Below are positions 1 to 8,904 of a stretch of DNA of 58,524 bases, piece after piece. The stretch covers positions 1 to 58,524 of the forward strand of contig JBHPEE010000002.1 of the NCBI GenBank assembly GCA_042577295.1. Reading direction: 5' to 3'. The number at the start of each line of letters is the position of its first letter. The stretch's first letter is position 1. A program made the translations under genes and the position numbers. The notes beneath the pieces are model-generated. The model did not search any database and was not told where the DNA came from. It worked only from the letters and a program-made list of their open reading frames with translations. Source of the stretch: Fidelibacterota bacterium (GTDB taxonomy: Bacteria; Fidelibacterota; Marinisomatia; Marinisomatales; JAHJCW01).

Positions 1-42
1 TCAATTTATAATCCCATATCAACTAAATATCCGTCAAGATCC
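1..42. repeat. terminal inverted copy of 331-372
   Basis: The reverse complement of nt 1-42 is identical to 331-372 (ggatcttgacggatatttagttgatatgggattataaattga). Confidence 0.9.
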
Positions 43-367
43 AGATGAATTAAAACGTCAATTAACACAAAAATATTTAATATTAGATAACCCGCCAGAA
101 AGGGTTAGACCAGTTGCAGATATGGCAATTGTTTCATATCCTTTGTATATACAAAATTATGCTATTGCGGAGATTGTTTCCTGGCAAGTTCATAGGACAC
201 TTCAGGATAAATATGGAAAAGAATATTCAACTAATATGAATGTCGCACAATTTCTTATAGATAATTTCTATAAGGATGGCGGATTATATCTTTGGCAAGA
301 TCGTTTACAAAAAGCTACAGGCAAAGAATTGGATCTTGACGGATATTTAGTTGATATGGGATTATAA
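2..367 (+). CDS. 3' end of a zinc-metallopeptidase-like gene (M3/M32-like C-terminal region); 5' part off-window
   Basis: Frame of listed ORF 122..367 stays open back to nt 2. The tail SYPLYIQNYAIAEIV...ATGKELDLDGYLVDMGL resembles C-termini of M3/M32 peptidases (recall only; no HExxH in the window). Confidence 0.3.
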   Translation, partial: QFIIPYQLNIRQDPDELKRQLTQKYLILDNPPERVRPVADMAIVSYPLYIQNYAIAEIVSWQVHRTLQDKYGKEYSTNMNVAQFLIDNFYKDGGLYLWQDRLQKATGKELDLDGYLVDMGL

Positions 368-400
368 ATTGAAGAATTAGCAAAAAAAAGGAGACAGTAA

Positions 401-742
401 ATGTTAGAAACATTTTTAAAAGGCGGCCCATTTATAATAATTATTTTAATGTTATTTGGTATCATTATTATTATTTCTATAAAAAATATAAAGGGACCTT
501 ATCATACTAATAGTATTGTGCTGCTTGGTATTTTGACCGCTGTGATAGGTATACTGGCAACTTATATGGGAATAAACATGATATTTACTGCAATATCCGA
601 TATGGGTGATATATCACCTTTAATTTTAATTAATGGCTTAAAAACAGCATTAATAACATCATATACCGGTAGTATTATTTTGCTTATCTCAACAGGATTG
701 TGGTATTTCTTTATCAAACGACATAAACTGCTTGGTTTTTAA
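401..742 (+). CDS. small MotA/TolQ/ExbB-like membrane protein
   Basis: aaggag SD upstream. 113 aa with 3 hydrophobic helices. N-terminal GGPFIIIIL and C-terminal LKTALITSYTGSIILL resemble MotA/TolQ/ExbB channel motifs. Confidence 0.45.
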   Translation: MLETFLKGGPFIIIILMLFGIIIIISIKNIKGPYHTNSIVLLGILTAVIGILATYMGINMIFTAISDMGDISPLILINGLKTALITSYTGSIILLISTGLWYFFIKRHKLLGF

Positions 743-909
743 TAAATGGAACGATAATATTTTTCAATTCTCCTAGACAAAATTAAAATTGTCGCTGTCT
801 TACTATGACATAGCTATATATTTTAATAATAATTTTGCAGCAATATAGATAATCTGTATTGATAGTTAAGTATATTTCTCATAATTTGATTCTGAATAAT
901 GGAAATAAA

Positions 910-1569
910 ATGAAAAAAATTATACAATTTGGAGAAAACGTATCTGGTTATAACATACCTGTCTTAAATGAACGTGAAATAAGAGCTGCAGCAGGTATTC
1001 TTTTCTTATTTATGTTTATTTCTATTCAGAACGCTGCATCGGGCAATTTCACACTATTAAAATATGCAGTAATAATATTTATTACAGATATGATAATACG
1101 AGTGTTTATCAATCCGAAATATTCTCCTACTTTAATTATTGGCCGTTTATTTGTTAGAAAACAGGTTCCTGAATATGTAGGCGCACAGCAGAAGCGATTT
1201 GCCTGGATTATTGGTATCGTTTTAGGAATGACAATGTTTGTACTGATTGTGCTTTTAAACTCATTTAGCCCGATTACTGGTATAATCTGTCTAATTTGCT
1301 TAATATTTTTATTTTTTGAATCAGTATTTGGAATTTGCATAGGGTGTATCTTTTACCGATGGTTTTATAAGGATAAGGCTCAGTATTGCCCGGGAGAAGT
1401 TTGTGAGATTCGCGAAAGACAAGAGATTCAAAAAACCTCAAAATCGCAAATAATCATTGTAGGGTTTTTTATAATTTATATTGTAGCAGCAGTATATCTA
1501 TTTAATGACAAGTTTAGTGTACAACCCACCTATTTATTTGATAGAAATATTACACTTAAATCTGAATAG
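910..1569 (+). CDS. polytopic membrane protein, DUF4395-like
   Basis: ORF 859..1569; the internal ATG at 910 (MKKIIQF) is the more plausible start. Several TM helices and a Cys-rich CIGCIFYRW...YCPGEVC segment. Confidence 0.35.
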   Translation: MKKIIQFGENVSGYNIPVLNEREIRAAAGILFLFMFISIQNAASGNFTLLKYAVIIFITDMIIRVFINPKYSPTLIIGRLFVRKQVPEYVGAQQKRFAWIIGIVLGMTMFVLIVLLNSFSPITGIICLICLIFLFFESVFGICIGCIFYRWFYKDKAQYCPGEVCEIRERQEIQKTSKSQIIIVGFFIIYIVAAVYLFNDKFSVQPTYLFDRNITLKSE

Positions 1570-1601
1570 ACTATAAATCATCTAAAAATATTAAAAAGCT
1601 A

Positions 1602-1630
1602 CATTGTGGATACACTTTCTGTGGAATAAA
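1602..1630 (+). repeat. IGR-C element (TGTGGATAC double box) copy 1
   Basis: cattgtggatacactttctgtggaataaa, 5 nt upstream of ATG 1635. Confidence 0.65.
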
Positions 1631-1634
1631 TAAT

Positions 1635-2315
1635 ATGGAAAATTCAAGAAAAAAAATATCAATTTTAGTAATTGGATTAAGTATCGGCCTATCATTTATG
1701 GGAATTTTAAGGCATTCAGCCACCAATGAAAACTTTCTCACTCCATTTTCAGGGCTTGCTACTCCAGGATATGTGTTAATTAGCGTTTTATTTACAATAT
1801 GGTTGGTACGGGCAGGATTGCCGCTGAACAAATATGGTTTTGGAGCTAAACTTAAATTAAATCATATTATTCTTGCGATATTTGCGATTATTGTACTACG
1901 TGTATTCTCTTATACATTAAATCCAATAATTGAAGAATTGTTTAGTGGTCAGCGTAACTTAGAACGTTTTTCTGATGTGGAGGGTTCAACAATATCTTTT
2001 GTGATGTTATTAATTACAAATTGGACGCTTGCTGCTTTTGGGGAGGAATTTGCTTATCGAATATTACTGATGCGAGGTCTGTCTTATGTATTTGGTGACT
2101 CACGCTCAGCACAAATTTCAGCACTAATCTTACAATCAATTATGTTTGGTCTTATACACGCTTATCAAGGTCCAACAGGTATTGTAGGATCAGCATTTAG
2201 TGGACTGGTATTTGGCACTGTTATACTTATTGGTCGTTGGTCCATTTGGCCTGCTACTTTGGCACACGGCGCAAATAATACTATTGGGATTATTGCTCTT
2301 TATTTGGGAGAATAA
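1635..2315 (+). CDS. CPBP family intramembrane glutamic endopeptidase (CAAX/Abi type)
   Basis: Motifs EEFAYRILL (EExxxR), FGLIHAY (FxxxH) and HGANN (HxxxN) occur in canonical order in a multi-TM protein. Confidence 0.85.
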   Translation: MENSRKKISILVIGLSIGLSFMGILRHSATNENFLTPFSGLATPGYVLISVLFTIWLVRAGLPLNKYGFGAKLKLNHIILAIFAIIVLRVFSYTLNPIIEELFSGQRNLERFSDVEGSTISFVMLLITNWTLAAFGEEFAYRILLMRGLSYVFGDSRSAQISALILQSIMFGLIHAYQGPTGIVGSAFSGLVFGTVILIGRWSIWPATLAHGANNTIGIIALYLGE

Positions 2316-2339
2316 TAGTCATATAGTCACATTTAACCA

Positions 2340-2351
2340 CATTGTGGATAC
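2340..2351 (+). repeat. IGR-C copy 2 (first box only, abutting the pseudo-tRNA-Leu)
   Basis: cattgtggatac is immediately followed by the tRNA-like anticodon arm. Confidence 0.5.
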
Positions 2352-2412
2352 TAGGAACTTAAAATTCCTCGAGTGATGAGTTCGTGTCGGTTCTAGTCCA
2401 GTCCCGGGTACT
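2352..2412 (+). pseudogene. tRNA-Leu(UAA)-like 3' fragment (pseudo-tRNA: anticodon arm, long variable arm, degenerate T arm, acceptor 3' strand)
   Basis: aggaa-cttaaaa-ttcct is a 5-bp stem with a 7-nt loop and UAA at anticodon positions. The downstream cgagtgatgagttcgtg-tcggttctagtccag-tcccgggta aligns position for position with the variable, T and acceptor parts of bacterial tRNA-Leu(UAA). No complementary 5' acceptor strand (acccggg) lies upstream, and the T stem has a mismatch. Confidence 0.45.
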
Positions 2413-2599
2413 ATTCTAACAGTGTGTAAGTCCTGTATTCTTGCAGGGGGTCTAATTGTTAAAGTCAGATAAGTAGGTCTTATAATCAATAAATATTTTT
2501 CGTTGAATAATTAATTAACGATATATTTAACTATCAAGGATCAATCTTTTTCTATGCGGACTGATAATATTTCATTTATTACAAGGAGATTAAGGGAAA

Positions 2600-3091
2600 A
2601 TGTTCAAAAACTATAATATTTCTTTATTATTTATTGTACTTGCTTTCATAATAACTCTGGAATCCATTCAAGCACAAACTAAACCAATTCAGATTGCTTT
2701 TATTACACCAGTTCAATTGGTACCAGAAGACAATGATATAAGAGGAATTCGATTCAACTTAATTTATGGTAGGAATACATCTGTAACTGGTATCGATGGT
2801 GGATTTATCAACCATTCAACCAAAGGACTGTCGACAGGTTTACAGTTTGGATTTATTGGTCTGGTTGAATCAGACTTTACCGGCTGGCAGGACAATACGT
2901 TTAACATAACTAGGGGCAACCATATAGGAGTCCAAGCAGGAATCTTTAATTCTGCAAATAATATGGAAGGATTGCAGTTTGGTCTAGTGAATTATACTGT
3001 TAACATGAAGGGTATTCAGATAGGACTTTTAAACATAATTAAACAGGGCGGTACATTCCCGATATTTCCAATTGTTAACTGGTCTTTTTAA
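2600..3091 (+). CDS. secreted repeat protein with G-[LIV]-Q-x-G-[LIF]-x-N repeats
   Basis: aaggag SD; signal peptide ending ESIQAQT; repeats GLQFGFIG, GVQAGIFN, GLQFGLVN and GIQIGLLN. Confidence 0.55.
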   Translation: MFKNYNISLLFIVLAFIITLESIQAQTKPIQIAFITPVQLVPEDNDIRGIRFNLIYGRNTSVTGIDGGFINHSTKGLSTGLQFGFIGLVESDFTGWQDNTFNITRGNHIGVQAGIFNSANNMEGLQFGLVNYTVNMKGIQIGLLNIIKQGGTFPIFPIVNWSF

Positions 3092-3158
3092 TAGATCTGC
3101 AAGTTTTACAACTATACAGAATACAAGATAGCACGGCATAGCTACAATTGATACTACT

Positions 3159-3246
3159 ATGGTCCAAATGGACATTAATGTAGCACTATTATAGCACATT
3201 TTTAAAATCGTTCCTCGTAGAACGCTGACTTCACACGGCAGAGTCC
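3159..3246 (+). repeat. IGR-B element (TGGACAGTAA tandem-box repeat) copy 1, long form
   Basis: atggtccaaatggacattaatgtagcac...atagcacatttttaaaatcgttcctcgtagaacgctgacttcacacggcagagtcc. Abuts IGR-A copy 1. Confidence 0.7.
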
Positions 3247-3253
3247 TAACTTG

Positions 3254-3323
3254 AGTCCCAAAAACGTGTCCCAAAACAAGTAGCTAAAAATAGGAGTACC
3301 AAAACCGGCAGGTTTTGATACAC
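3254..3323 (+). repeat. IGR-A element (CCAAAAC-box repeat) copy 1
   Basis: agtcccaaaaacgtgtcccaaaacaa...gtaccaaaaccggcaggttttgatacac. The 3' part forms a CAAAACC/GGTTTTG hairpin. Confidence 0.8.
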
Positions 3324-3397
3324 GTCCAGTAGTTTAAACAGCGAATTAACCAATACAAAGTTTACTAGCGGTTCATTATGACACCTATTGGCGATAT

Positions 3398-3441
3398 GAG
3401 CGAAAAAGTTCTTGACTTGAGCGAAATGGGCGTTTTATATT
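3398..3441 (+). promoter_or_regulatory. sigma70-type promoter with GAGCG boxes, upstream of the DUF1295-TspO unit
   Basis: TTGACT (3412-3417), an 18-nt spacer, then TATATT (3436-3441). Boxes GAGCG 3398, GAGCG 3419 and GGGCG 3428. Same geometry as 7590-7642. Confidence 0.55.
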
Positions 3442-3483
3442 ACAGAACAATATATTTGTTAATAATATTATAAAGGTATAAAA

Positions 3484-4362
3484 TTGAAAATTAAGAATTT
3501 TAAATCATACGTTAGTATTGCTATAGTGTTAGTCATTGGCACTCTTATTGCATTAGCGGGAAGCCAAGGAAGCACAATATGGTTGGGGTTACCGTTGTAT
3601 GCTCTCGCTATAATATTAGCATTTTTTATCCAGTGGATTGTATTCATTCCTTCATACCTATACCGGACTGAAAAATTCTTTGACCTAACCGGCAGTCTAA
3701 CATATATAACAATTACCTTAACTGCTGTATTAATGAGCCCTGTAAAAGATTTTAGATCTATTATCTTACTTATACTTGTTACTATCTGGGCGTTAAGATT
3801 GGGCCTTTTCTTGTTTATGCGTATCCAGGCAGCAGGTGAAGATCGTAGATTCAGAGAACTTAAAACATCTTTTTCAAGATTCCTTCTTACCTGGACGCTT
3901 CAGGGATTATGGGTCACATTCTCATTGGCTGCAGCTCTGGTAGTTATTACTTCTGAAACTAGAGCAAGGATTGATATTTTTGTGATTGTTGGAGTTGTTA
4001 TTTGGATTATAGGCTTTGTGTTTGAGGTTATCGCAGATCGACAGAAAAGTGTGTTTAAAGCAAACCCTGCGAATAAAGACAAATTTATTAAAAATGGCTT
4101 GTGGTCCTGGTCCCGACACCCCAACTATTTTGGAGAAATTGTGTTGTGGATAGGAATTGCAATAATTGCTTTACCCGTATTGTCAGGATGGCAATGGGTT
4201 ACTCTTATTTCTCCTGTATTTGTAACAATCCTTTTAACCAAGATTAGCGGTGTTCCAATGCTTGAGAAACGAGCCGATGAGAAATGGGGAGGACAGGCTG
4301 ATTACGAAGCATATAAGAAATATACCTCAGTTCTAATACCAATGCCCCCAAAGGGAGAATAG
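3484..4362 (+). CDS. DUF1295 family membrane protein (steroid 5-alpha-reductase / ICMT-like)
   Basis: TTG start; multi-TM; C-terminal signature GLWSWSRHPNYFGEIVLWIGIA. Confidence 0.8.
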   Translation: MKIKNFKSYVSIAIVLVIGTLIALAGSQGSTIWLGLPLYALAIILAFFIQWIVFIPSYLYRTEKFFDLTGSLTYITITLTAVLMSPVKDFRSIILLILVTIWALRLGLFLFMRIQAAGEDRRFRELKTSFSRFLLTWTLQGLWVTFSLAAALVVITSETRARIDIFVIVGVVIWIIGFVFEVIADRQKSVFKANPANKDKFIKNGLWSWSRHPNYFGEIVLWIGIAIIALPVLSGWQWVTLISPVFVTILLTKISGVPMLEKRADEKWGGQADYEAYKKYTSVLIPMPPKGE

Positions 4363-4368
4363 TGACCT

Positions 4369-4701
4369 ATGAATTATGCAAAAATACTATCTATAATTGG
4401 AATATTGGCAATGACAGTTGTACTAATTTATGGATTTAAAGTAGGCGATTTTTGGGTAGATGGCGGTAAAATCATCCAAAACCCCTGGGGTATTGTATCT
4501 CTAGTTGATCTTTATACTGGGTTTATTCTGTTTTCAGGCTGGATAATATTCCGCGAAAATTCTTTACCGAAATCTATTGTTTGGGTTTTACTGACTATGC
4601 TTTTGGGCTTTTTCACTGCAAGTATATATTCACTTATCGCTCTATACAAAAGCAATGGTAATTGGAATGTGTTTTGGATGGGGAGACGAACAAATGTCTA
4701 A
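4369..4701 (+). CDS. DUF1475-like small membrane protein
   Basis: 110 aa, 3-4 TM; NPWGIVSLVDLYTGFILFSGWIIFRE matches the remembered DUF1475 core. Starts 6 nt after the DUF1295 stop. Confidence 0.5.
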   Translation: MNYAKILSIIGILAMTVVLIYGFKVGDFWVDGGKIIQNPWGIVSLVDLYTGFILFSGWIIFRENSLPKSIVWVLLTMLLGFFTASIYSLIALYKSNGNWNVFWMGRRTNV

Positions 4702-5371
4702 GATACAGGAAATCCGGGAAGAGTTAATTCATGTATTTTCGGGTAGAAAATTAAAAATTATTGATTCAATAATTCCCCTGGTAATTTTTTTAGCATTGAA
4801 TCAAATACTTGGTCTGAATTTAGCCACGTTATTTTCTTTGATTACATCAGGAATATTTCTTGTATATCGCCTATTGACCGGTGACAAACTTATTTTTGCT
4901 TTAGTTGGAGCACTTGGAGTATTTGCTGCTGCAGGAATAGCATATATAAGTGGTAGCGATACGGGATTTTTTATTCCAGGATTGATTACTGGTGCGTTGA
5001 CGGTTTTGCTTTGTATTGGTAGTGTACTTATCAAAAAACCAATCGCTGCTTGGTCAAGCAGAATTACACGACGGTGGCCAAAAAGTTGGTACATGCATGA
5101 AAAGGTAAGATCGGCATATACAGAGGTAACGATAGCTTGGGCAGTTGCATTTGGTTTAAGAACCTTACTTGAGTATTGGTTGTTGTCTCAGAATGCTATA
5201 AATGCAGCTGGAGCAGTAAAGATATTCTTGGGATGGCCTTATACAATTTTAATTTTGATATTAAGTTATATCTATGGGTCTTGGCGGCTCACAAATCTTG
5301 GAGGTCCGAGCGTTGAGGAATATAAAGAGAGAAAGCTCCCTCCATGGGAGGGACAAATCCGAGGATTTTAG
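4694..5371 (+). CDS. polytopic membrane protein, DUF3159-like
   Basis: ORF 4655..5371; ATG 4694 (MSKIQEIREE) overlaps the upstream stop by 8 nt, suggesting translational coupling. Six hydrophobic helices. Confidence 0.4.
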   Translation: MSKIQEIREELIHVFSGRKLKIIDSIIPLVIFLALNQILGLNLATLFSLITSGIFLVYRLLTGDKLIFALVGALGVFAAAGIAYISGSDTGFFIPGLITGALTVLLCIGSVLIKKPIAAWSSRITRRWPKSWYMHEKVRSAYTEVTIAWAVAFGLRTLLEYWLLSQNAINAAGAVKIFLGWPYTILILILSYIYGSWRLTNLGGPSVEEYKERKLPPWEGQIRGF

Positions 5372-5484
5372 AATTTACAGGGTAAAGGGAATTTTTACTA
5401 ATATTTATTATTTATTTTCGGTTAATTTTATGAAAAAATATGTAATTTTCAAAATGTAAGTACTTCACAAATCAATATAAAACA

Positions 5485-5949
5485 ATGAAAATTATAGCGC
5501 TTGTCATTTCAATTATTATTGCACAAGGATCTGGACTTATCGGATCAGTATTTACAGCGTCGAGCGTGAATACTTGGTTTGAAACAATCTCAAAGCCTAC
5601 GTGGAATCCTCCATCTTGGATTTTTGGTCCCGTATGGATTTCACTCTATTTTCTAATGGGGATTGCTGCATATATCGTGTGGCTACAAAAAGATATATCC
5701 AGTGTTAAGATAGCCTTGTGGGTTTATGGTATACACCTAATTTTTAATTCTCTTTGGTCAATTTTATTCTTTGGATTGCAGAATCCCCAATTGGCGTTTT
5801 TCGAAATTATTATTCTCTTAATTTTAATTCTAATCACAACGGTACTTTTTTGGAAAATCAATAATTGGGCAGGAGCATTGATGATTCCATACATCACCTG
5901 GGTATCACTTGCTGCTTTTCTTAATTACACTATTTGGCAACTCAACTAA
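5485..5949 (+). CDS. tspO: TspO/MBR tryptophan-rich sensory protein
   Basis: 154 aa, 5 TM, Trp-rich; KPTWNPPSWIFGPVWISLYFLMGIAAY is the classic TspO signature. Confidence 0.9.
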   Translation: MKIIALVISIIIAQGSGLIGSVFTASSVNTWFETISKPTWNPPSWIFGPVWISLYFLMGIAAYIVWLQKDISSVKIALWVYGIHLIFNSLWSILFFGLQNPQLAFFEIIILLILILITTVLFWKINNWAGALMIPYITWVSLAAFLNYTIWQLN

Positions 5950-6068
5950 TATAGATTTATCCAATGAAATTTATATCTTTGGAAACTACAAAATAGTTTT
6001 GTTAGTTATCCGATTGAAAGCGCAGGTAACCCTGCTGGATGGTAGTTTTTAAATAAAAAATCAATACT

Positions 6069-7484
6069 ATGAAAATATTACTCACGGGCGCTACAGGCTA
6101 TATTGGAAAAAGACTTTTACCTATTTTAATTAAAGAAGGCCATAGCGTTGTTTGTTGCGTTAGGGATGTTAATAGATTTAACACAGATAAAGAATACTTG
6201 GATAATATTGAGATTGTTGAAGTTGATTTTCTTAACGAAAATAGCTTAACAAATATTCCTAAGGAAATTGACGCAGCCTATTATTTAATTCATTCAATGT
6301 CATCTACATCTGACTATCAAAAATATGAGTTAGAATGTGCAAATAATTTTAAAAATCGAATAAATATTACTTATGCCAAGCATGTTATTTATTTAAGCGG
6401 TATCGTGAACCAAAAACAACTTTCCAAGCATCTTGGTTCGCGTAAGGCAGTGGAAAACAAACTTAATGAGGGTAATTATAATTTTACTGCATTAAGAGCT
6501 GGAATCATAATAGGATCAGGAAGTGCATCATTTGAAATAATTCGTGATCTGGTCGAAAAATTACCAATTATGGTGACACCAAAATGGCTTAATACAAAAT
6601 GCCAACCAATAAGCATTGAAGATGTAGTGCAATTTCTATTTAATAGTTTAAATAATCAATCTGTTTACAATAATAATTTTGATATTGGTGGTCCAGATAT
6701 ATTGACATACAGGGAAATGTTGTTAGATTATGCAAAAATCAGAAAACTTAAAAGATGGATTTATACTGTTCCTGTCATGACCCCCAAATTGTCATCTTAC
6801 TGGTTATATTTTATAACATCAACATCTTACAAATTAGCTATTGCATTAGTAGACAGTATGAAAATTGAGGTCGTATGTCGCGATACAAAAATTAATAAAC
6901 TTTTAAATATAACTCCTGTTGGATACATGGAAGCTTTAAAACAAACAGTAGTAGATATCGATAGAGATTCAATCCTTTCAAGTTGGAAAGATTCATTTAT
7001 AAGTGGTACAATTAACAAGAAAATTACACATTATGATAAAGTCCCGACCTATGGTTGTTATTTTGATAAACGCACTAAAGTTGTATTAGATAGAAATAAA
7101 TGCATTGATAAAATATGGAGAATTGGTGGGAATAGTGGCTGGTACTACGCAAATTGGTTATGGAGGATTAGAGGATTTGTTGATAAAATATTCGGTGGTG
7201 TGGGACTTAGAAGAGGAAGAACACATGCCGAACAAATTGACACAGGTGATGTAATTGACTTCTGGAGAGTTCTTCATTCAGATAAAGAAGGTGGAAGACT
7301 ACTGCTATTTGCAGAAATGAAATTACCTGGTGAAGCATGGCTTGAATTTAAGTTGGAGGATAATAAGCTTTATCAAACTGCAACATTTCTTCCAAAAGGT
7401 TTATTAGGAAGATTATATTGGTTTTTAGTACTACCACTTCATGGGATAGTTTTCAACGGTTTAATCAAGACACTAAGTAAGTGA
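6069..7484 (+). CDS. NAD(P)-binding SDR/epimerase-family protein with C-terminal DUF2867 domain
   Basis: N-terminal Rossmann motif MKILLTGATGYIGKRLL. The 471-aa two-domain architecture is typical of SDR-DUF2867 fusions. Confidence 0.8.
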   Translation: MKILLTGATGYIGKRLLPILIKEGHSVVCCVRDVNRFNTDKEYLDNIEIVEVDFLNENSLTNIPKEIDAAYYLIHSMSSTSDYQKYELECANNFKNRINITYAKHVIYLSGIVNQKQLSKHLGSRKAVENKLNEGNYNFTALRAGIIIGSGSASFEIIRDLVEKLPIMVTPKWLNTKCQPISIEDVVQFLFNSLNNQSVYNNNFDIGGPDILTYREMLLDYAKIRKLKRWIYTVPVMTPKLSSYWLYFITSTSYKLAIALVDSMKIEVVCRDTKINKLLNITPVGYMEALKQTVVDIDRDSILSSWKDSFISGTINKKITHYDKVPTYGCYFDKRTKVVLDRNKCIDKIWRIGGNSGWYYANWLWRIRGFVDKIFGGVGLRRGRTHAEQIDTGDVIDFWRVLHSDKEGGRLLLFAEMKLPGEAWLEFKLEDNKLYQTATFLPKGLLGRLYWFLVLPLHGIVFNGLIKTLSK

Positions 7485-7589
7485 TACTTTAGCTTATTGA
7501 TAAAAGCAGTGTCAAGACACGTGCATTTCAAACCAAATAATATAATTAGTTAATACAGTGGATGACATGAGATTTATTTAGAGTCCGCT

Positions 7590-7642
7590 GAGCGTTTTGA
7601 CCGAAATAATGCTTGACAAGAGCGTTATGAGCGTTTTATATT
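7590..7642 (+). promoter_or_regulatory. sigma70-type promoter with GAGCG boxes, upstream of the START-to-SDR operon that encodes the CarH-like regulator
   Basis: TTGACA (7613-7618), an 18-nt spacer, then TATATT (7637-7642). GAGCG at 7590, 7620 and 7629. Confidence 0.55.
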
Positions 7643-7684
7643 CACATCAGATATTCATTAAAAATATTATTTAAAGGAAATGAA

Positions 7685-8365
7685 ATGAAAAAATTATTTA
7701 TTGCAAATTTGATGGCTATATCATTGATCTTTGCAAATGAAGAATTATTGTTGCAGACTATCAAAGAAAATATTCATGTTGAAAAAGGATGGGAAAATAT
7801 AGAGGAGTTTGATAGTGGAATAAGTGTTTCTGTTAAAGATATACCGGATATTCCTATTAAGGCAATTATGGTAAAACAAAATATTGCTATAGATGCAGAT
7901 ATAATTGCAGAAGTAGTGGAAGATGTAGCAAATTATGGCAAATTTTTAAATAGCGCTTCAGCTATGGATGCAAATTTATTGTATAAAAATGAACAAGGAT
8001 TATTTGGACATCAGCATTTTGACTTGAAGTATGTTAAAGACCGTCATTATGCATTCAATATGTTCAAGCCATTCGGAAATACAAATAGGGTGGATTGGGA
8101 ATTAATCCCCGAAAAAACATTCGATTCCATTAACGAGTCCAAAAATGTAAATAAAAAAGGTGTTTATATAGATATTGGTTATGGATCATGGCTGGTCAAT
8201 AAATTAGAAAATGGAGAAGCTGAGATCTCATACCGCTTAGTTATGCATCCCGGTGGTAGTGTGCCAAATTTTGCAATAGACTACATTAATAAAGTGGCCA
8301 TAGTTGCTTTATTTGAGGATGCTATCGATGAAGCATTAAAAAGATCAGATAGGAGCAATAATTAA
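7685..8365 (+). CDS. START/SRPBCC-like lipid-binding protein, secreted
   Basis: Signal-like N-terminus. C-terminal HPGGSVPNFAIDYINKVAI resembles the START-domain helix motif. Confidence 0.55.
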   Translation: MKKLFIANLMAISLIFANEELLLQTIKENIHVEKGWENIEEFDSGISVSVKDIPDIPIKAIMVKQNIAIDADIIAEVVEDVANYGKFLNSASAMDANLLYKNEQGLFGHQHFDLKYVKDRHYAFNMFKPFGNTNRVDWELIPEKTFDSINESKNVNKKGVYIDIGYGSWLVNKLENGEAEISYRLVMHPGGSVPNFAIDYINKVAIVALFEDAIDEALKRSDRSNN

Positions 8366-8901
8366 TGTTGAGCTCATTTTTAATCCATGGACTGATTGCT
8401 ATAATATTAACATCGCCAGTAATAGCGAAAAACGATATGAAAGAATTGAAACCAGTTGAGCATGTTGACATAGACAAGTTTATGGGAAAATGGTATGTGG
8501 TTGGAGTAATACCTACCTTTGCTGAAAAAGATGCGGTAAATGCAATAGAAACCTATGAATTGAATAAAAAAGGCAATATAGATATTACCTTCACACATTA
8601 CAAAAAAAGTCCTGATGGAAAGTTTAAAGAGTATCATCCGAAGGGATTTATTTTTAACAAAAAAACCAATTCTGAGTGGCGTGTACAATTCTTTTGGCCA
8701 TTTAAATTCAAGTATCTGGTTATCGACCTTGCAGATGATTATCGATATACAGTAATTGGAGTCCCAAATAAAAAATTTCTTTGGATAATGGCAAGGGATA
8801 CTCAGTTAAGTACTGAAGATAATAAAGTTATCAGAGAGAAATTAGTTCAGCAGGGCTATGACATAACCAAAATAGTTGATGTGCCCCAAATTTGGAATTA
8901 A
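8365..8901 (+). CDS. blc: bacterial lipocalin (Blc family)
   Basis: FMGKWYVVGVIPT and LWIMARD lipocalin signature blocks. The start overlaps the upstream stop. Confidence 0.85.
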   Translation: MLSSFLIHGLIAIILTSPVIAKNDMKELKPVEHVDIDKFMGKWYVVGVIPTFAEKDAVNAIETYELNKKGNIDITFTHYKKSPDGKFKEYHPKGFIFNKKTNSEWRVQFFWPFKFKYLVIDLADDYRYTVIGVPNKKFLWIMARDTQLSTEDNKVIREKLVQQGYDITKIVDVPQIWN

Positions 8902-8904
8902 TAA

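Noticed and set aside
3029-3274. Listed short or antisense ORFs as genes, for example 3029..3274(-), 5274..5459(+), 42533..42721(-), 1026..1340(-), 36208..36471(-), 49362..49694(+), 50909..51247(+) and 57484..57741(-)
   Set aside because: They either lie entirely antisense within well-supported genes or run through repeat-filled spacers. They have low-complexity or odd composition, no SD and no recognisable motifs, so they are judged to be shadow ORFs.
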